Origin: Octopus vulgaris
Taxonomy: Eukaryota
DNA length: 64,000 bases
Assembly (NCBI GenBank): GCA_951406725.2
Contig: OX597824.1
Coordinates: 43,524,001-43,588,000, forward strand
Direction: 5' to 3'
A program made the position numbers and the translations under genes. Below, piece after piece: positions 41,731 to 56,129 of this stretch. How positions within the stretch are numbered: position 1 is the first letter of the stretch; each line of letters starts with the position of its first letter. The notes under the pieces were generated by a model. It had not been told where the DNA came from, searched no databases, and was given only the letters and a program-made list of their open reading frames with translations.

Positions 41731-42202
41731 GACACTCACGCATACTACTCCTCCTACTGCTGTTGCTGCCGTTACTGCTTATTATCGTTGTCTTGGCAAC
41801 AACATCGTGTTGCAAAAGCTTTTCCTTCTTTCGTAATGGCATCTTTACATTAATCTTATTAAAACTTCATTCAATTATTCTCTCTCTCCCTCCCCCTATC
41901 TCTCTCTCCTCTCTCTCTCTCTCTCACTCTCTCAGTTTATTAATAAGTTTATGTCTTTGTCAGTTGTCTGTATGTGTATGCAAATCATTATCTCTATACA
42001 GCTCTACCTTTTTGTGTCGCCCCTAAACTATCCACCATATCAACCCATCTACCATATCTTCTATTTGCTCTACCGCCCAGTCAGTCAATCTATGTGTACT
42101 CAACTTTCACTTTCTATTTTGTCTCTTTCTCTTCTCTCTCACTTACTCTCTCTCTCTCTCTCTCTCTTTGTATCTCTCTATCTATTTAGCTAGCTAGCTA
42201 AT

Positions 42203-42266
<64 letters not shown>

Positions 42267-42277
42267 CATACATACAT

Positions 42278-42401
<124 letters not shown>

Positions 42402-42490
42402 TTGAAATTTATAGAAAAACAAAAAACGAATACAGGTGTATGAACAACAAACAAGTGTATTAGTTTGACGCTCGGGATAAATGAAAAAGT

Positions 42491-42526
42491 TTGTTACCTT
42501 TCGAGCCTACGCTCTTCAACAGAAAG
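42491..42526 (-). ncRNA. Degenerate minimal hammerhead motif in a short PLE-like repeat (~42405-42580)
   Basis: Minus strand CTTT-CTGTTGA-A-GAGC gtag GCTC-GAAAG-GTA-ACAA; the core and stem I are mutated. Confidence 0.5.
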
Positions 42527-43123
42527 GAATAAGAGAAGATAAACAGAGAGGGAATGAAAAAATCTTGTAGGTTTCAGCAGTCCAGCATGAACTCCCAACT
42601 CTTTGGATTTGCATATCTGAACCACTTCTCGAACTTTCAACACCTCTCCTCATTTACATACCTGCACTCCACCCGGATTACCACTGGATCTACTGATTCT
42701 TCCGGCACTCGAGAAGATCATTGCAGTATTCATGTAGCTGACGAATGTACTAGAGACATTTAATGGGCCTCTCTTTTCATCGGCATTCGAGATATGCCGA
42801 AACGTGACCGTTTTTTTTTTTCCTTTCTTCTCAATTCAAACACACTCAAGTGTACAGATATACCAGAAAAATCAAAGCCTTATACCTTATGTAGGTATCA
42901 ATATCGAATGACATAAAATGTTAAGATGAACTGTATATGATATATCCTGAAACTGATTTCTCCCACACTTTGAACATCACAGACAGTATAGTTATGTACC
43001 GTACGGAACAAATGTTCCTTAAGAAATGGGGTGGGGGAAAATAAATTTACAAAAAGGATTTCGAATAGGAAGTTAACCTTCATTATACTAGTATCTAGTC
43101 CAGAGTGAAACTTCAGATTATTA

Positions 43124-43178
<55 letters not shown>

Positions 43179-44545
43179 TACTACTACTACTACTACTACT
43201 ACAACTACTACTACTACTATCATCATTATCATCATTATTATTTTCCCTCCTGTCTTTGGAGAATGACATCGAGGAATACAGTCTGCTGCAATGAGTCATG
43301 CAGTGATGAGTGAATGGATTAATTTGTATAGCAAATTTCACTGTTGATATTTTCTTCATTTGTAAAGGTTACAAAGAGTTGAAAGTGGAATAACAGCCTT
43401 GAGTTTATTGATCAGACATTAGTGCACAAACACATAAGCATACACACAAATTCAAGCGTACATACAAAACCACGCACATTATATGTATATATATGTGTGA
43501 GTATGATATTTTATTGTGAATTATCAATTAAATTCATGTATATTTCATATTACACGATATGCATTATATAGAGATATTATATGCATTTTGGAATATGTAT
43601 ATTACATATGTATAAAACCAAGTATTATACATATGCTATATATATATTATGTATATGAGTATATACAGAAATGTATGTATACGCGAGAACACACACACAT
43701 ATAAATCATATGTGTGTGCATATACACACACACCAGCAGGACTTCTAGCCTTCTGCCCAGTCTATACGGTGCTGAAATGTATTTATAAGGCACATATTGG
43801 CATCTATCGTAATGTTACAATAAAAGTTCTTAAAAAGTATTTCATAATTTTAACATTTATTTGAATATATCACCAAATTTCACTTCACCAATCGAAAATA
43901 CGATTACTTGCAATCGTAATACATGTAACAGAAAGGGATGTTTCAATACTATATCAAAGTGAAAGGGTTTTGCGGATAAGAAGATTTTGTAGCGACTGGA
44001 AAAAGTGTCAGTGTAAACTGTGAATTAGGCATTTGACGTAGCATTAGAAATTGCGGTTGTGTTGTGAGTTGTGCTGCGGTTGTGTTTTGGCCTCATAGAC
44101 ATTTGGTTTCTGTATTTGGGACTAATGTCCCCAGCTTATCTGGACGGATATTTTTATAGAGACTATCAGCAAATGAGGACATAATCATAAAATACACTGA
44201 TATCAGCTGTCCAATGAATTCGACGCATGGAAAGACAGGAACAAACGTATAAAAAGAAGAACTTTTTCGCGACCCCCAGTGGTACTTTTCTATAAATTAA
44301 AACTGCTGTGATGAGCATATCTGTGACTGCGAAGGGCCCCTCCCTCCCGTTTTCTGAAAAAGGAAAATTGTTAGTATTGGTGATGAGAGTCATGATAGTT
44401 GTAGTAGAAATGTCTCTGTAGTTTCGGTTTTAATCGTATTGACGTTGGCAGTAGTTGTGATACTAGTATGTGCGTGTATGTATGTATGTATGTATGTATG
44501 TATGTATGTATGTATGTATGTATGTATGTATGTATGTATGCATGT

Positions 44546-44639
<94 letters not shown>

Positions 44640-45055
44640 GAGATGCCATCTCTCTAAAGAGGAGCGGTGTATATTCGACAAGATAAGGATGCTGAAATCT
44701 CGCGAGAATAAGGGTAGGATGGAAGGCGCTTACTCCAATAAAAGATATGATCAATGCAAAGCTGTACAAAACCTTACATGGCAGTTTTTCGATGGCACCG
44801 TTCTTTTTGTATTCTTATACGCAAGAGAAACGTGGGCCACTACGAACTGGGAAAACCATCAATTGGTTACGATACAAAGGTCCATGGGAAGATTCATGCT
44901 ATGAATGCCATTCTGAGAGCATATCCGAAATTCGAGAACGTAATTCGAGAACGGAGTGGAGTGAACAACGTGATTGTAGAATACCAAAAATACAAGCTCC
45001 GTTGGGCCAGAAATGTCGCAAGTTTTACAGACAACAGGTGGACCCGTGCATAGAC
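44640..45055 (+). mobile_element. RTE-clade LINE fragment
   Basis: FDGTVL..LYARETWATT...QRSMGRFML...IRERSGV...KLRWARNVASFTDNRWT. Confidence 0.85.
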
Positions 45056-45099
45056 ACATAGCCGAATTCTTCTTTGAATAAGTTATAGCGTGGTTTCCA

Positions 45100-46430
45100 A
45101 TAAAGTTATGAGATACAGTAGAATAATGAACAAAGCTGGACTGTTTTGGGATAGGGTTAAAAAGTTAATGGTGCATATTGAAAAATACATTACAGTAGTA
45201 ATTGGTTGATTAAATATTTTCACTGTTGCTTGAGAAAAATGGTGAAATGTAGAGAAAATATGGAATGATTTCAAATTTGCAGTTGAACAAGAAATTTGAA
45301 GGAGTGTTAGTTATAATTTAAGATGAACGTTAAATCGCTGTTTAGCAGTTTTTCAGTTGATTATCATCCATTATCGTGTACAACGTCTCTTCCGTTCGGT
45401 AGTTGATATGGGCTTCGCCTGTTGATAGGTATAGATCTTTTGCATCTTTTGGCAGCGATGGCTTAAGATGTAAGTGAGGCTTTCGTTAATTTCTTTGCAA
45501 CACATGCAGTTTTTTTGTTACGATATATTTCTTTTAATAATTTTAAATGTTTATAAATTTTAGGTGTATATATTAGTTTAAATTCCATTTATATATATTT
45601 GTTTATTCAATAAATATAAATGTAGTTTGAGTTGTTCCCGAGTAATAGACATGTTGTGCTATTTAATTAATAATGGATTATTCAGTCTTTTTGTAGTTAG
45701 GATGCTTGATTTATGTTAATTTGTTTTAGTTAAGAAGTCCTTGCCATGTCAATATTATTTTATATATAATTTTAAATTTAATTCTAATCTTATTTTACTT
45801 TTAATCAGCAATTTATTTGGTTAATTTAATCTATATCATTGAATATATATTTTATAGATATTGATCTAGGCCTATCTTTCCCTTTGGATATTATTCGAGG
45901 AGGTTGGTTAAAGTGTAATATTTCACTAGTTTATATTGGGCTTGTTTTTGGTATAGTTTCATGTTTGTAATATGATATATATTGGAAATAGCATATATAT
46001 GTTCGTTAATTAGTCTATAATCTTTGAGTTATAGGTTCACTGTTCCTTGTAATGGAGTTATGTGTCTGTGATTGAATAGGCATTCCTCAATAAGTTTAGT
46101 ACAGTAGTTCTATGTTTGTACTATAATTTTAGGATCACAATGTCATTTTCGGGAAGCTTTTGTTTCATAGATACTGATTTGTAACTTTAAGTTAATACTA
46201 ATTTGTTTAATTTGATGTTGTTGTTTGTAGTAATAAGCAGGTCTTGGTGTAATAGACATACTACGCCAATGTTCCACTCCTGTTGATTTCTATTGGTTCC
46301 TAGGCAGCGTTTGTTTTTTTTTAATCTGTTAACAATTAAAAAAAATGGTACTGCTCAGCGTCGAAACAATAGAGATATCCATTTCACAGCTGATGATGGG
46401 AATGTATATTTGAAATACTTCTTTCTGATT
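45100..46430 (-). mobile_element. Possible very old Penelope-like RT relic with an oppositely oriented hammerhead-like core at 46390-46416
   Basis: Strong strand asymmetry; weak PRIISKGKDRPRSI similarity to LPKIHK..RPI; CTGATGA..GAAAT at the right end. Confidence 0.25.
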
Positions 46431-46689
46431 TTTTTTTATATTTTTGGGCCTCATAGATAATATTATAGGCGTGGATAACGCTTAGATAATGGTTTGTAGA
46501 TTTGGGAGGATCTATGGTAAACACACACACACACACACGTGTGTGTGGGGGGGTATGTGTGTATGTGCATAAAATAAAAGGGCAAAAAGACATCCGAAAG
46601 TGGAAAATAGTCTATGCATATCAAAATAAATACATATATAGATTTCTTTCTTGTATTGTTCTAATGGTTTCAGCCATAAGACTGCGACC

Positions 46690-47270
46690 ATGCTGAAGCT
46701 CTGTCTTAATTCATTTTCTAACAGTTTTGTTGCCGTTTTATGACTGGAATTTGGTCTATGATTGAGTTTGCGGCAGCTGATCTTCTTCGAGTGTATCGTT
46801 GAATAGTTGGCTGGTCTGATGTTACCATTAGCAGTTTATCCAATGTTTTTTATTTTTAACGTTTCAATACGGATTCCTTTGATGTTTTTGATTTTTTTTT
46901 TAGGTAGGAAATTGAACAGCTTAGGACCACTAAATATCAGACCGCTTACAAGAGAATGTTTTAGCTGATCTCGAAAGTGGTATATTTGGAAGCTAACAGT
47001 ATCTACTAGTCCGTGCATTAAAATTGTTTTCTAATGTTGAAGTTTGGAACATGCTCCTCCAGGACTTTCCATACGTACACAATGGTATATTTCCCTCTAC
47101 GGCGTTCAAGAGGGTAGAGACGCAGAACTTTTAATCGAAGTTACTATACTGGTGAACATTCTTTGTAACCCTTCAATTTCTTGTATGAGACCAAATGGGT
47201 TAGGAAACCAAAGCTGTGAGCTATAATCTAATCTCCTCAGAACTAGGGTTTTCCATTGAGCTGGCATAAC
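46690..47270 (-). mobile_element. CR1/L2-group LINE 3' fragment
   Basis: WKTLVLRRLDYSSQLW...EGLQRMFT...LERRRGKYTIVYVWKVLEEHVPN...FSGPKLFNFLP. Confidence 0.85.
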
Positions 47271-48109
47271 TACCGGTTGAATTTGCATTCTTAACAGGGC
47301 AACGCTTAAAAGGAAAAGGTTCTTGTCATTATCAGAAGGGAACTGAAATAGGGAATCCTAATTTGACATATTAACTATAGGCATCCATGCAAAGTCGATA
47401 AAAAGAAACTGAAAGATATGATTGCCTCCAAAATATTCATAAATACATTTCAACCTTTCTGTCATGTAAATATTTCAATAAAGGGTCATTTTGATATTAT
47501 TTGTAAAAGAAAACTCAATAAAATACCGCCATGATTTAACGCTGCTAATGAACTTCAAGCCACTGGCCGTAATATGGGCACACACACACAAATGCTCACT
47601 CACACACAAACACACACACTCACATGCACAGCAGATACGCACCTATACGTACGAGATACACGCACTCGAACGCCAGGTATACTAACGCATTCAAACACCA
47701 TACAAGTGATGTCAACACACACTGAGAAGATATACAAGCACACGTACCACACTCATGATCAAGTATACACACACACACACACACATGCACACACACACAA
47801 ACAAGATTTCTGTTCACTTATAGACATGTACCAATTTTAATGAAAAACAAATATGTGTGTTAATAGAAAGATAACTGAACCAAAGTATAACTGAACTTGT
47901 AGTGAAAAAACATCTTGTTAAGTTATAGGCTAAAAATGGAAGCAATATCTGGGACCTTCAAAATTTATAAAACGTTCTCGCAATTGAAAGGATGAACACT
48001 TACCCAAGAGACGATCACAATTTTCTTTTCTTTACAACCTTGCCACCCGGAAAGTGGTTGGTCAAAAATAAACTAAAAACATAAAGAAAGAGTGATCATA
48101 CATTTATAA

Positions 48110-48322
48110 AGTTAATCCAAACATGAAAACACAAAGAGAAAACACAACAACGCGAGGACATGGAACAAATATAGTATTATTGGACGCTCAGGAAGGAAGG
48201 GAAGAAGGAGGGTTTAACGTTTCGAGCGGAGCTCTTCGTCGGAAACATAGGAGAAGGAAAGATCCAGAGAAGGGAAGACAGAGGAAAGCAAATCGCCAAC
48301 GGTACACACGCGGTCACATTTT
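48110..48322 (-). mobile_element. Short PLE-like repeat, same family as 24640-24845
   Basis: Reverse-complement homology over ~200 bp. Confidence 0.8.
48212..48246 (-). ncRNA. Minimal type I hammerhead motif (U4C variant)
   Basis: GTTT-CCGACGA-A-GAGC tcc GCTC-GAAAC-GTT-AAAC; perfect stems I and II; loopless palindromic stem III AACGTT. Confidence 0.75.
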
Positions 48323-48474
48323 GAAAATCATTTTGAAAATCATTTATACATACATAGATAAATACATACATACATAGATAAATACATACATACATATATA
48401 CATACAGACAGACATCTAGCTAGACAGAAAGACAGAAAGAAAGACACACACACACAAATAGATAGCTAGCTAGC

Positions 48475-48565
<91 letters not shown>

Positions 48566-48606
48566 TAGAACATTGGACAGTTGTTACAATATGATATATT
48601 GTATTA

Positions 48607-48790
48607 AGGCGACGAGCTGGCAAAATAGTTAGCAAGTACGTCCTGATTTAAAATTATGCCAGGGATGACTTTGTTTTTCATCCTTTAGGTGTCGATAAAA
48701 TAAGTTCCAGTTGAACACTGAGACCGATTTAATCGACGTAGTCTTTACCGCAAAATTACTGGCATTGTGCCAAAATTTAAAACCAATATT
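48607..48790 (+). mobile_element. SINE family C (internally deleted)
   Basis: AAGGCGACGAGCTGGCAAAATAGTTAGC...GTCGATAAAATAAGTTCCAGTTGAACACTG. Confidence 0.7.
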
Positions 48791-48983
48791 ATATATTTTA
48801 TTATTAGAAAGGCAAAAGTTCAAATTTTTGATGAGCGGTAACAACCTGACGTTGCAATTTGTGGAGGCGTAGTTCCTATTTAACATTACGTCAGCCCTGA
48901 ATAGATTGATTATTGATCAAAGGCATGGCCTCCATGACTATCGCTCTTTTCACCAGTCATAAAAAGATACCTCTTATATACAG

Positions 48984-49038
<55 letters not shown>

Positions 49039-49086
49039 CAGATAGACAGATAGACAGATAGATACATACATACATACATACATACA

Positions 49087-49118
<32 letters not shown>

Positions 49119-49244
49119 CATGCATGAATATATATAATATCACATAAACAGGAATACACATATATATAAGCATATAAATGTTTTTATATGTGTGTGTGTG
49201 TGTGTGTGTGTACAAACAAACATATACATATACATACATACATA

Positions 49245-50476
49245 TTGAGTCATCCCATAAATAATGCGGTTTTTTCAATTGCATGAAATAAAAGTCGGAA
49301 AGGGACGTGATAAGTTACCTGCATCAACTTGCTGCAAAAGTAGCTAGTAATTTTACCTTGTCCTTATTCTTAGTGCAAGTTCAGAAGAGTGCATCTCGAT
49401 TTTAACAGTTATATTTTCAAAGCTATAATGGAAGTGACAAAGAGCATGTTCGACACATTTTGCGTTATGAGTTCAATAAAGGCAACAACGCAACGGAAAG
49501 TGCTAGGAATAATTAATGCAGTATATGGGGATCGGACAATAAGCATCACCCAATGTCAACGGTGGTTCCAGAAATTCCGAGCCTAGAAGACGAGACTCGT
49601 TCTGCAAGATCTGTAGAGCTCGACGTGGATGTCCTGCAAACACTGGTGGAACAAAATCCCATCGTATCTATTGAGTAACTAGCAGAGAAGCTTGGATTCG
49701 GTCATTCAACCATCAAAAAAGTCAGCAAATTGGATCAATGGGTTCCTCACAAACTTTCCGAGTCTAATCGCGCGCAAAGAGTGAATGTGTGCTCTTCTTT
49801 GCTGTCAGGTCTCACGAATGAACCTTTTTTGGATCGAATAGTGACTAGTGAAGAGAAATTGGTTCTCTATAAAAATGTCAAGTGCCGAACAAACCACAGC
49901 ACAAACCCAGACTAAAGAAGGTCTTCATCCACGTAAAGTGTTGTTATCTGTTTGGTAGGATATGACAGGTTTAGTTCACTTTCAACTTTGAAACCCAAAC
50001 CAAACAATAACAAAGGAGATCTACTGCGAGTAGCTTGAGCGTCTTAAGTCAGCGCTAGAAGAAAAACGGCCATCTTTGGTTTCAAGATGTTCTCTTCCTT
50101 CAGGATAATGCTCGGCCACATACAGAGAGGCTCACATTCCAAAGGTTGGAGCTGTTTGAATGGGAAACAATGCCCCACCCATCGTATTCGCCGGACGTTG
50201 CTCCACCAAATTATATTTCATTCCGCAGTCTTCAAAATCATTTGGATGGAAAAAATATGAATTCTGTAGATGAGGTCAGAACAGTACTGGAGGAGTATTT
50301 TTTGCCACGGACGGGCAAATTTTGGAAGAGGGACCTTGCAAGTCTACAAGATAGGTGCATGAGCATTGTAGAAAATGAAGGAGGGTATATTTTAGATTAA
50401 AAAAGAACACTGTTTATTTTAATTTTGAAAAATAAAAGAAGTATTTAAAAAACGCATTATTTATGGGATAACCTAA
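49245..50476 (+). mobile_element. Near full-length mariner (DD34D) transposon with a pseudogenised transposase (ATG 49428 to TAA 50400)
   Basis: TA-flanked ~30-bp TIRs TTGAGTCATCCCATAAATAATGCG / CGCATTATTTATGGGATAACCTAA; motifs QRWFQKFR, WVPHKL, IVTSEEK, QDNARPH and YSPDVAP; frameshifts and stops. Confidence 0.95.
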
Positions 50477-50621
50477 TATATACATACATATTTATACAGG
50501 CACAAATATAAATATATGTATATAAACATGCATGTATGAACGTGTGTATACATATATGTGTGTGTGTACGTGTGTGTGAGAGAGAGAGAGGGAGGTAGAG
50601 AAACAGATACACGCAAGTGTG

Positions 50622-50664
<43 letters not shown>

Positions 50665-50709
50665 TAATATTTGTGTGAGTGCGTATACAGACACTCATAT
50701 TTGTTGTTA

Positions 50710-51292
50710 TTATTCGTTAGTCTTATTTCTACCACGTACTTTCACTGCACTACTGATCGCAGCTGTCTGTAACTTGGGTTGGTGCTGTAGCTTGTTGCGG
50801 TACTCTTATTTTCACTTTATTGAAAGTGCTTTACGTAGGATGTGTCCGTCGCCTAGTAGTGCTATTTTCTGTATGTTTTTTCTGGTGTTTTTGTTATGTA
50901 TTTGTCTGAATGTTTTTTCTGGGGTTTTTTAACGTATCTAATGCGCCTACTATGATAGGAATTGTTTCTGTTTTTAGGCTGCACATTCGAGTTACCTCTA
51001 TTTCCAGATCTTTGTATTTTGGAAGTTCCTCCGTTTCTTTTATAGAAACATTGCTGGTGTTGATACATCGATTAGAGAGCATTTTTTTTTTTTTGTGATC
51101 TCTGTCAACTATATCCGGCCTATTGGACTTAATTTCTCTCTCTGTGTATTGGCATATCTAAGAGTATGTTTGCTTTCTCATTTTCTGTGACTATTCTAGC
51201 GTGTGCCTATACCATCTTTTTTCTGTTGTTTTTTCATAGTGTTGGCACAGCTTCCAGTGTATATAGGTCCCAACTCTGTCGTGTATGTGAAT
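50710..51292 (-). mobile_element. R4/Dong-type LINE 3' fragment in an (AAT)n tract
   Basis: KYKDLEIEVTRM..KTETIPIIVGAL and a 3' UTR homologous to the 25-kb and 54-kb copies. Confidence 0.85.
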
Positions 51293-51309
51293 ATATTATT
51301 ATTATTATA

Positions 51310-51383
<74 letters not shown>

Positions 51384-51903
51384 CATTATTATTATTATTA
51401 TCATCATCATCATCATCATTATTATATTATATTATTTATTATTATTATTATTATTATTGTTATTATTATTATTACCATTATCATTATTATCATCGTCATC
51501 AACATCATCATCATCATCATCATCATTGTGAGTGGCATTTTTTTATATTGCAAAACTGATCAACAATTGGTTGGCTTCGTTTGCTGATAACAGCCGCACA
51601 TTTTATCAAGTCAATCGTCTTTAATGGAATTAATAATCTTCTGAATAGAATTACATTTCCCTCCAACTACCTGTCAGTTTAAGCATATAAGTACTTTTAC
51701 ATACACTTCATACAACGGCATGTATGTATATCTCTCTCTTTCTCAATGCGTACATATGTATGCGCGCGAATATGAATGTATAAATATATGTACCTATAAT
51801 TATATATATGTATGTATATATAACATATATATATGTATGTGTGTATGCATACATATATATATATGTATATATGCACATATATATATGTATGTATATATAT
51901 ATA

Positions 51904-51936
<33 letters not shown>

Positions 51937-52069
51937 ATGAATATATATACGTATATATGTATATATATATATACGTATGTATGTATATAAGTATATATAT
52001 ATATATGTATATATGTATATATATGTATATATACATACATATATATATGCATATATGTATGTATATATT

Positions 52070-52843
52070 CAAATCTTTAGGGATAGTTTCCAATGCAACT
52101 ATAACTGCTGGGATACATTTTACCCGCACTTTCCATAGTCTCTGTAATTTTATGGCTAGATCCTGCTACTTTGCTACTTTTTCTATACCTTTCATATTGA
52201 TTTTTTCTTCATTTAGGACTGTAAAGTCAATTATCTGGCACTTTCTATTCTCTTTATCTACTACTTCTAAATCAGGCCTTCTAGCTTCTATTACTCTGTC
52301 AATCTGAATGTTAAAGTTCCACAACACCTTGTATTTCTTACTTTCTAGTACCTTACTAGGTTCATGTTCACACCATTTATCAGTATGTCCAAATCCTATC
52401 TTTCTACAGAACTCCCAGTGGATTATTCCCCATGTCGTCATGCCTTCTCTTGTAGTCATTCTGTGCCAGCATGCTACATTCACTTACTATATGAGTAAGG
52501 CTTTCCTCTTTTGATTTGCATAGCCAACATTGGGAATTTACTCAGTTTTTGTCTATCTTGGCTTTTATCCAATTAGTCCTTAATGCTTGATCTTGTGCTG
52601 CTATTAACAAACTTTCTTCTCCCGTTTCATCCTTCCTTTCTGCAAACTTAACTATGCCTCACTACTACTATTTACTGCCACTATACTTGGGAATCTACCA
52701 AAACCTTCTCCTGCCAATCAGATAATTTTTCTTCTTTTTTCTGGTTTTTAACTTCGTTTGGGTTTTTAGTTTCCCTATGTCTTGCTATGACTCTGGCAGC
52801 TTTTAATAATCGTTATTCACTATTACCAACATAGGAGTCTATA
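52070..52843 (-). mobile_element. R4/Dong-type LINE, C-terminal part (continuation of 54720-55640)
   Basis: IAAQDQALRTN...IHWEFC...KWCEHEP...LWNFNIQIDRVIEARRPDLEVVDK...IIDF. Confidence 0.88.
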
Positions 52844-53025
52844 GTATTTACATTATTTACATTATTTACATTATTTACATTTGAAGGATATTTGTCCTCA
52901 TCTTGTTTGTTGTTAACACGTTTCGGCTGATATGTCCTACAGCCTTCATCGGGTGTCTTGGGGAAATTTCGAACCTGGGTTCTCATTCCTAAGGTATTTT
53001 TTTATGGTATTATTATTACTATTAG

Positions 53026-53064
53026 TAGCGTAGTGGTTAAGAGCGTGATTCCGAGTTCGATTCC
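53026..53064 (+). promoter_or_regulatory. tRNA-derived Pol III internal promoter (A-box TAGCGTAGTGG, B-box GTTCGATTCC), shortened spacing
   Basis: Both boxes match consensus; the 18-nt spacing suggests loss of the anticodon arm in this copy. Confidence 0.7.
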
Positions 53065-53081
53065 AGGTAGTGACCTGAATG

Positions 53082-53896
<815 letters not shown>

Positions 53897-54460
53897 TTCC
53901 AAACATACATTGGAAGCTATGCCAACATTATGGAATAACAACAGAAAAAAGATGGTATAGGCACACACCAGAAAAGGTCACAGAAAACGAGAAAGCAACC
54001 ATACTCTGGGATATGCCGATACACACAGATAGAGAAATTAAGGCCAACAGACCAGATATAGTTGTCAGAGATCATGAAGAAAAAAAATGCTTTCTAATTG
54101 ATGTATCAATACCGGCTGATGACAACGTGTCTCTAAAAGAAATGGAGAAACTCTCAAAATACAAAGACCTGGAAATAGAGGTAACTAGAATGTGGTATCT
54201 GAAAACAGAAACAATTCCTATCATAGTAGGTGCATTAGACATGATAAAAAAATATTCAGACAAATACATAACAAAAACACCAGGACTTACAAACACATAT
54301 AACATACAGAAAATTGCACTACTAGGCACTGCACACATCCTACGCAGAACACTTTCCATACAATAACCATCAGAGCATCACAACAAATCACAGCACATAC
54401 CCAAGGCACACAGAACTGTGCTCGATAGTGAAGTGAAAGCACGCTATAAAAATAAAACTA

Positions 54461-54463
<3 letters not shown>
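53897..54463 (+). mobile_element. R4/Dong-type LINE 3' fragment (same subfamily as 25040-26493)
   Basis: ORF 54013-54366 is nearly identical to 26043-26396; (AAT)n on both sides. Confidence 0.92.
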
Positions 54464-54543
<80 letters not shown>

Positions 54544-54595
54544 CAACATCGAAAAATACCTTAGGAATGAGAACCCAGGTTCGAAATTTCCCCAA

Positions 54596-54641
54596 AACAC
54601 CTGATGAAGGCTGGAGGGTATATCAGCCGAAACGTTGTGTT
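54596..54641 (+). ncRNA. Minimal type I hammerhead ribozyme with an intact core
   Basis: AACAC-CTGATGA-A-GGCTG gagggtatat CAGCC-GAAAC-GTT-GTGTT: 5-bp stem I, 5-bp stem II, loopless palindromic stem III and a GUU cleavage triplet. Confidence 0.85.
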
Positions 54642-54719
54642 AACAACAAACAAGATGAGGACAAAATCCGTCAAATGTAAATAATGTACATAACTCCTCA
54701 TCTCTTAAATATAGAATAT

Positions 54720-55640
54720 GAGTCTATATCTACTCTAGCTAACTTCACGCAATCTTCTGCTGATATTAACCCTCTTCCGTCCTCCTTTCTAAGTTAGTAT
54801 AATCTATTCCTGCTCTTGGTTGGAGTCCATTCATATTAAATTCCTTCCTAGTTCTTCTGTCTAGCTTTGCTAATTCAGTTTTTGTCTAATCTACAAAAGC
54901 TGCTAAATATCTAAGTAATGATACTGCTCAAGTATTTACAACGTTCACTAGATTCTGACCATTTAGCTTTGAATACATTAGCTTCAGATCATCCATGTGG
55001 AGCAAATAGTTAATTTTTCCTTTAATATTTCTGCTCTGATACTCTGTCTTTGCCTTCCTTAATACTAAACTGAGGAGGATCAAACATAACAGAAATATTA
55101 AAAGGGATAACGAGTCCCCTTGGAAAATTCCTCTCATAATATTAACTTTCTTTAAGATTGTGTCACCAGAGTAGAGATCTACTTTCCATTTCTTCATGCT
55201 AAAGCTAATTAACTCTCTTACGTTGTCTGCTATACTGAATATACTCAAACATTCACTTACACATGAGTGTGGGGTCATGTCATAAACTTTCTTATAATCT
55301 ATCCATGCTATTGTCACATTTTTCTTTCTAACTTTTACTTCATTTAGAATTGCTTTGTCTATATATAATAGATCCTGCGTTCCTCTGGCCTTCTTCTTGC
55401 AACTTTTCTGTTCTTCTGGCAGTAAATTCTGGTTTCCAAGGTGCTCATAAATGCCTTCTGAAAGCATTCTTGTTAACAACTCCCACACTAGTGGTAAGCA
55501 AGTGATTGGTCTATAATTGCCAGCTGTATTACCCTTGCTTTTATCTTTCATAAGGTGTATTGTCCTCCCTCTAGTCATCCAATCTGGTATTATTCCTCCA
55601 TTAAGGCAATCCTGGAGTTGCTCCCTCAGCCTCCCCTGTT
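54720..55640 (-). mobile_element. R4/Dong-type LINE reverse transcriptase fragment
   Basis: ORF 54928-55578: NYRPITCL, EQKSC, WIDYKKVYD, RGIFQGDSLS, HMDDLKL. Confidence 0.93.
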
Positions 55641-56129
55641 ATTTACCCTCTTTTTGCCTTGATACATTTTCTTCAATTAAAAAATTCAACTGTTCTGTTA
55701 TATACGTACGAAGAACTGAATCTGTTGCAATTTTTGGTAGACAAAATTTTATTGTTTTCGTACACAAAAAATAAATACTGTCGTTACTAGAAACAACAAA
55801 ATGTCGAGAGAATTTGAATGTTATTGTTCTTGGGGTAATTGTAATAGTAGTCAAAAAGCAAGCTACCGATTGTTTATGTTGCTTTCGCCGATTGTTCATT
55901 GTGGTTGCTGTCACAGCACAGGTCGGCAGCTATATGAGTCTGTCCGCCGTCCATCGGCCATCTTGTGTCTGCTGTCTCTCAATGCTCTCTCAAAGTTCTG
56001 TGTCAAGTTGTCAAAATGTGCCGAATTTATATTGATGACTAAGCTCAGAAAGAAGTGCATTAAAAGAGGAAATTGTCGAGGAGTCATGACTGGACTGATT
56101 TTGTTGAATACGTATGTAACATTTTAGCG

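Noticed and set aside
42770-42812. CGGCAT..ATGCCG-AAACGTG hairpin resembling the 3' half of an HHR
   Set aside because: The CUGANGA core is absent
49428-50400. Domesticated or active mariner transposase gene
   Set aside because: Multiple frameshifts and stops, and altered catalytic residues
53024-53080. tRNA gene
   Set aside because: Lacks an anticodon arm and acceptor stem; interpreted as a SINE head
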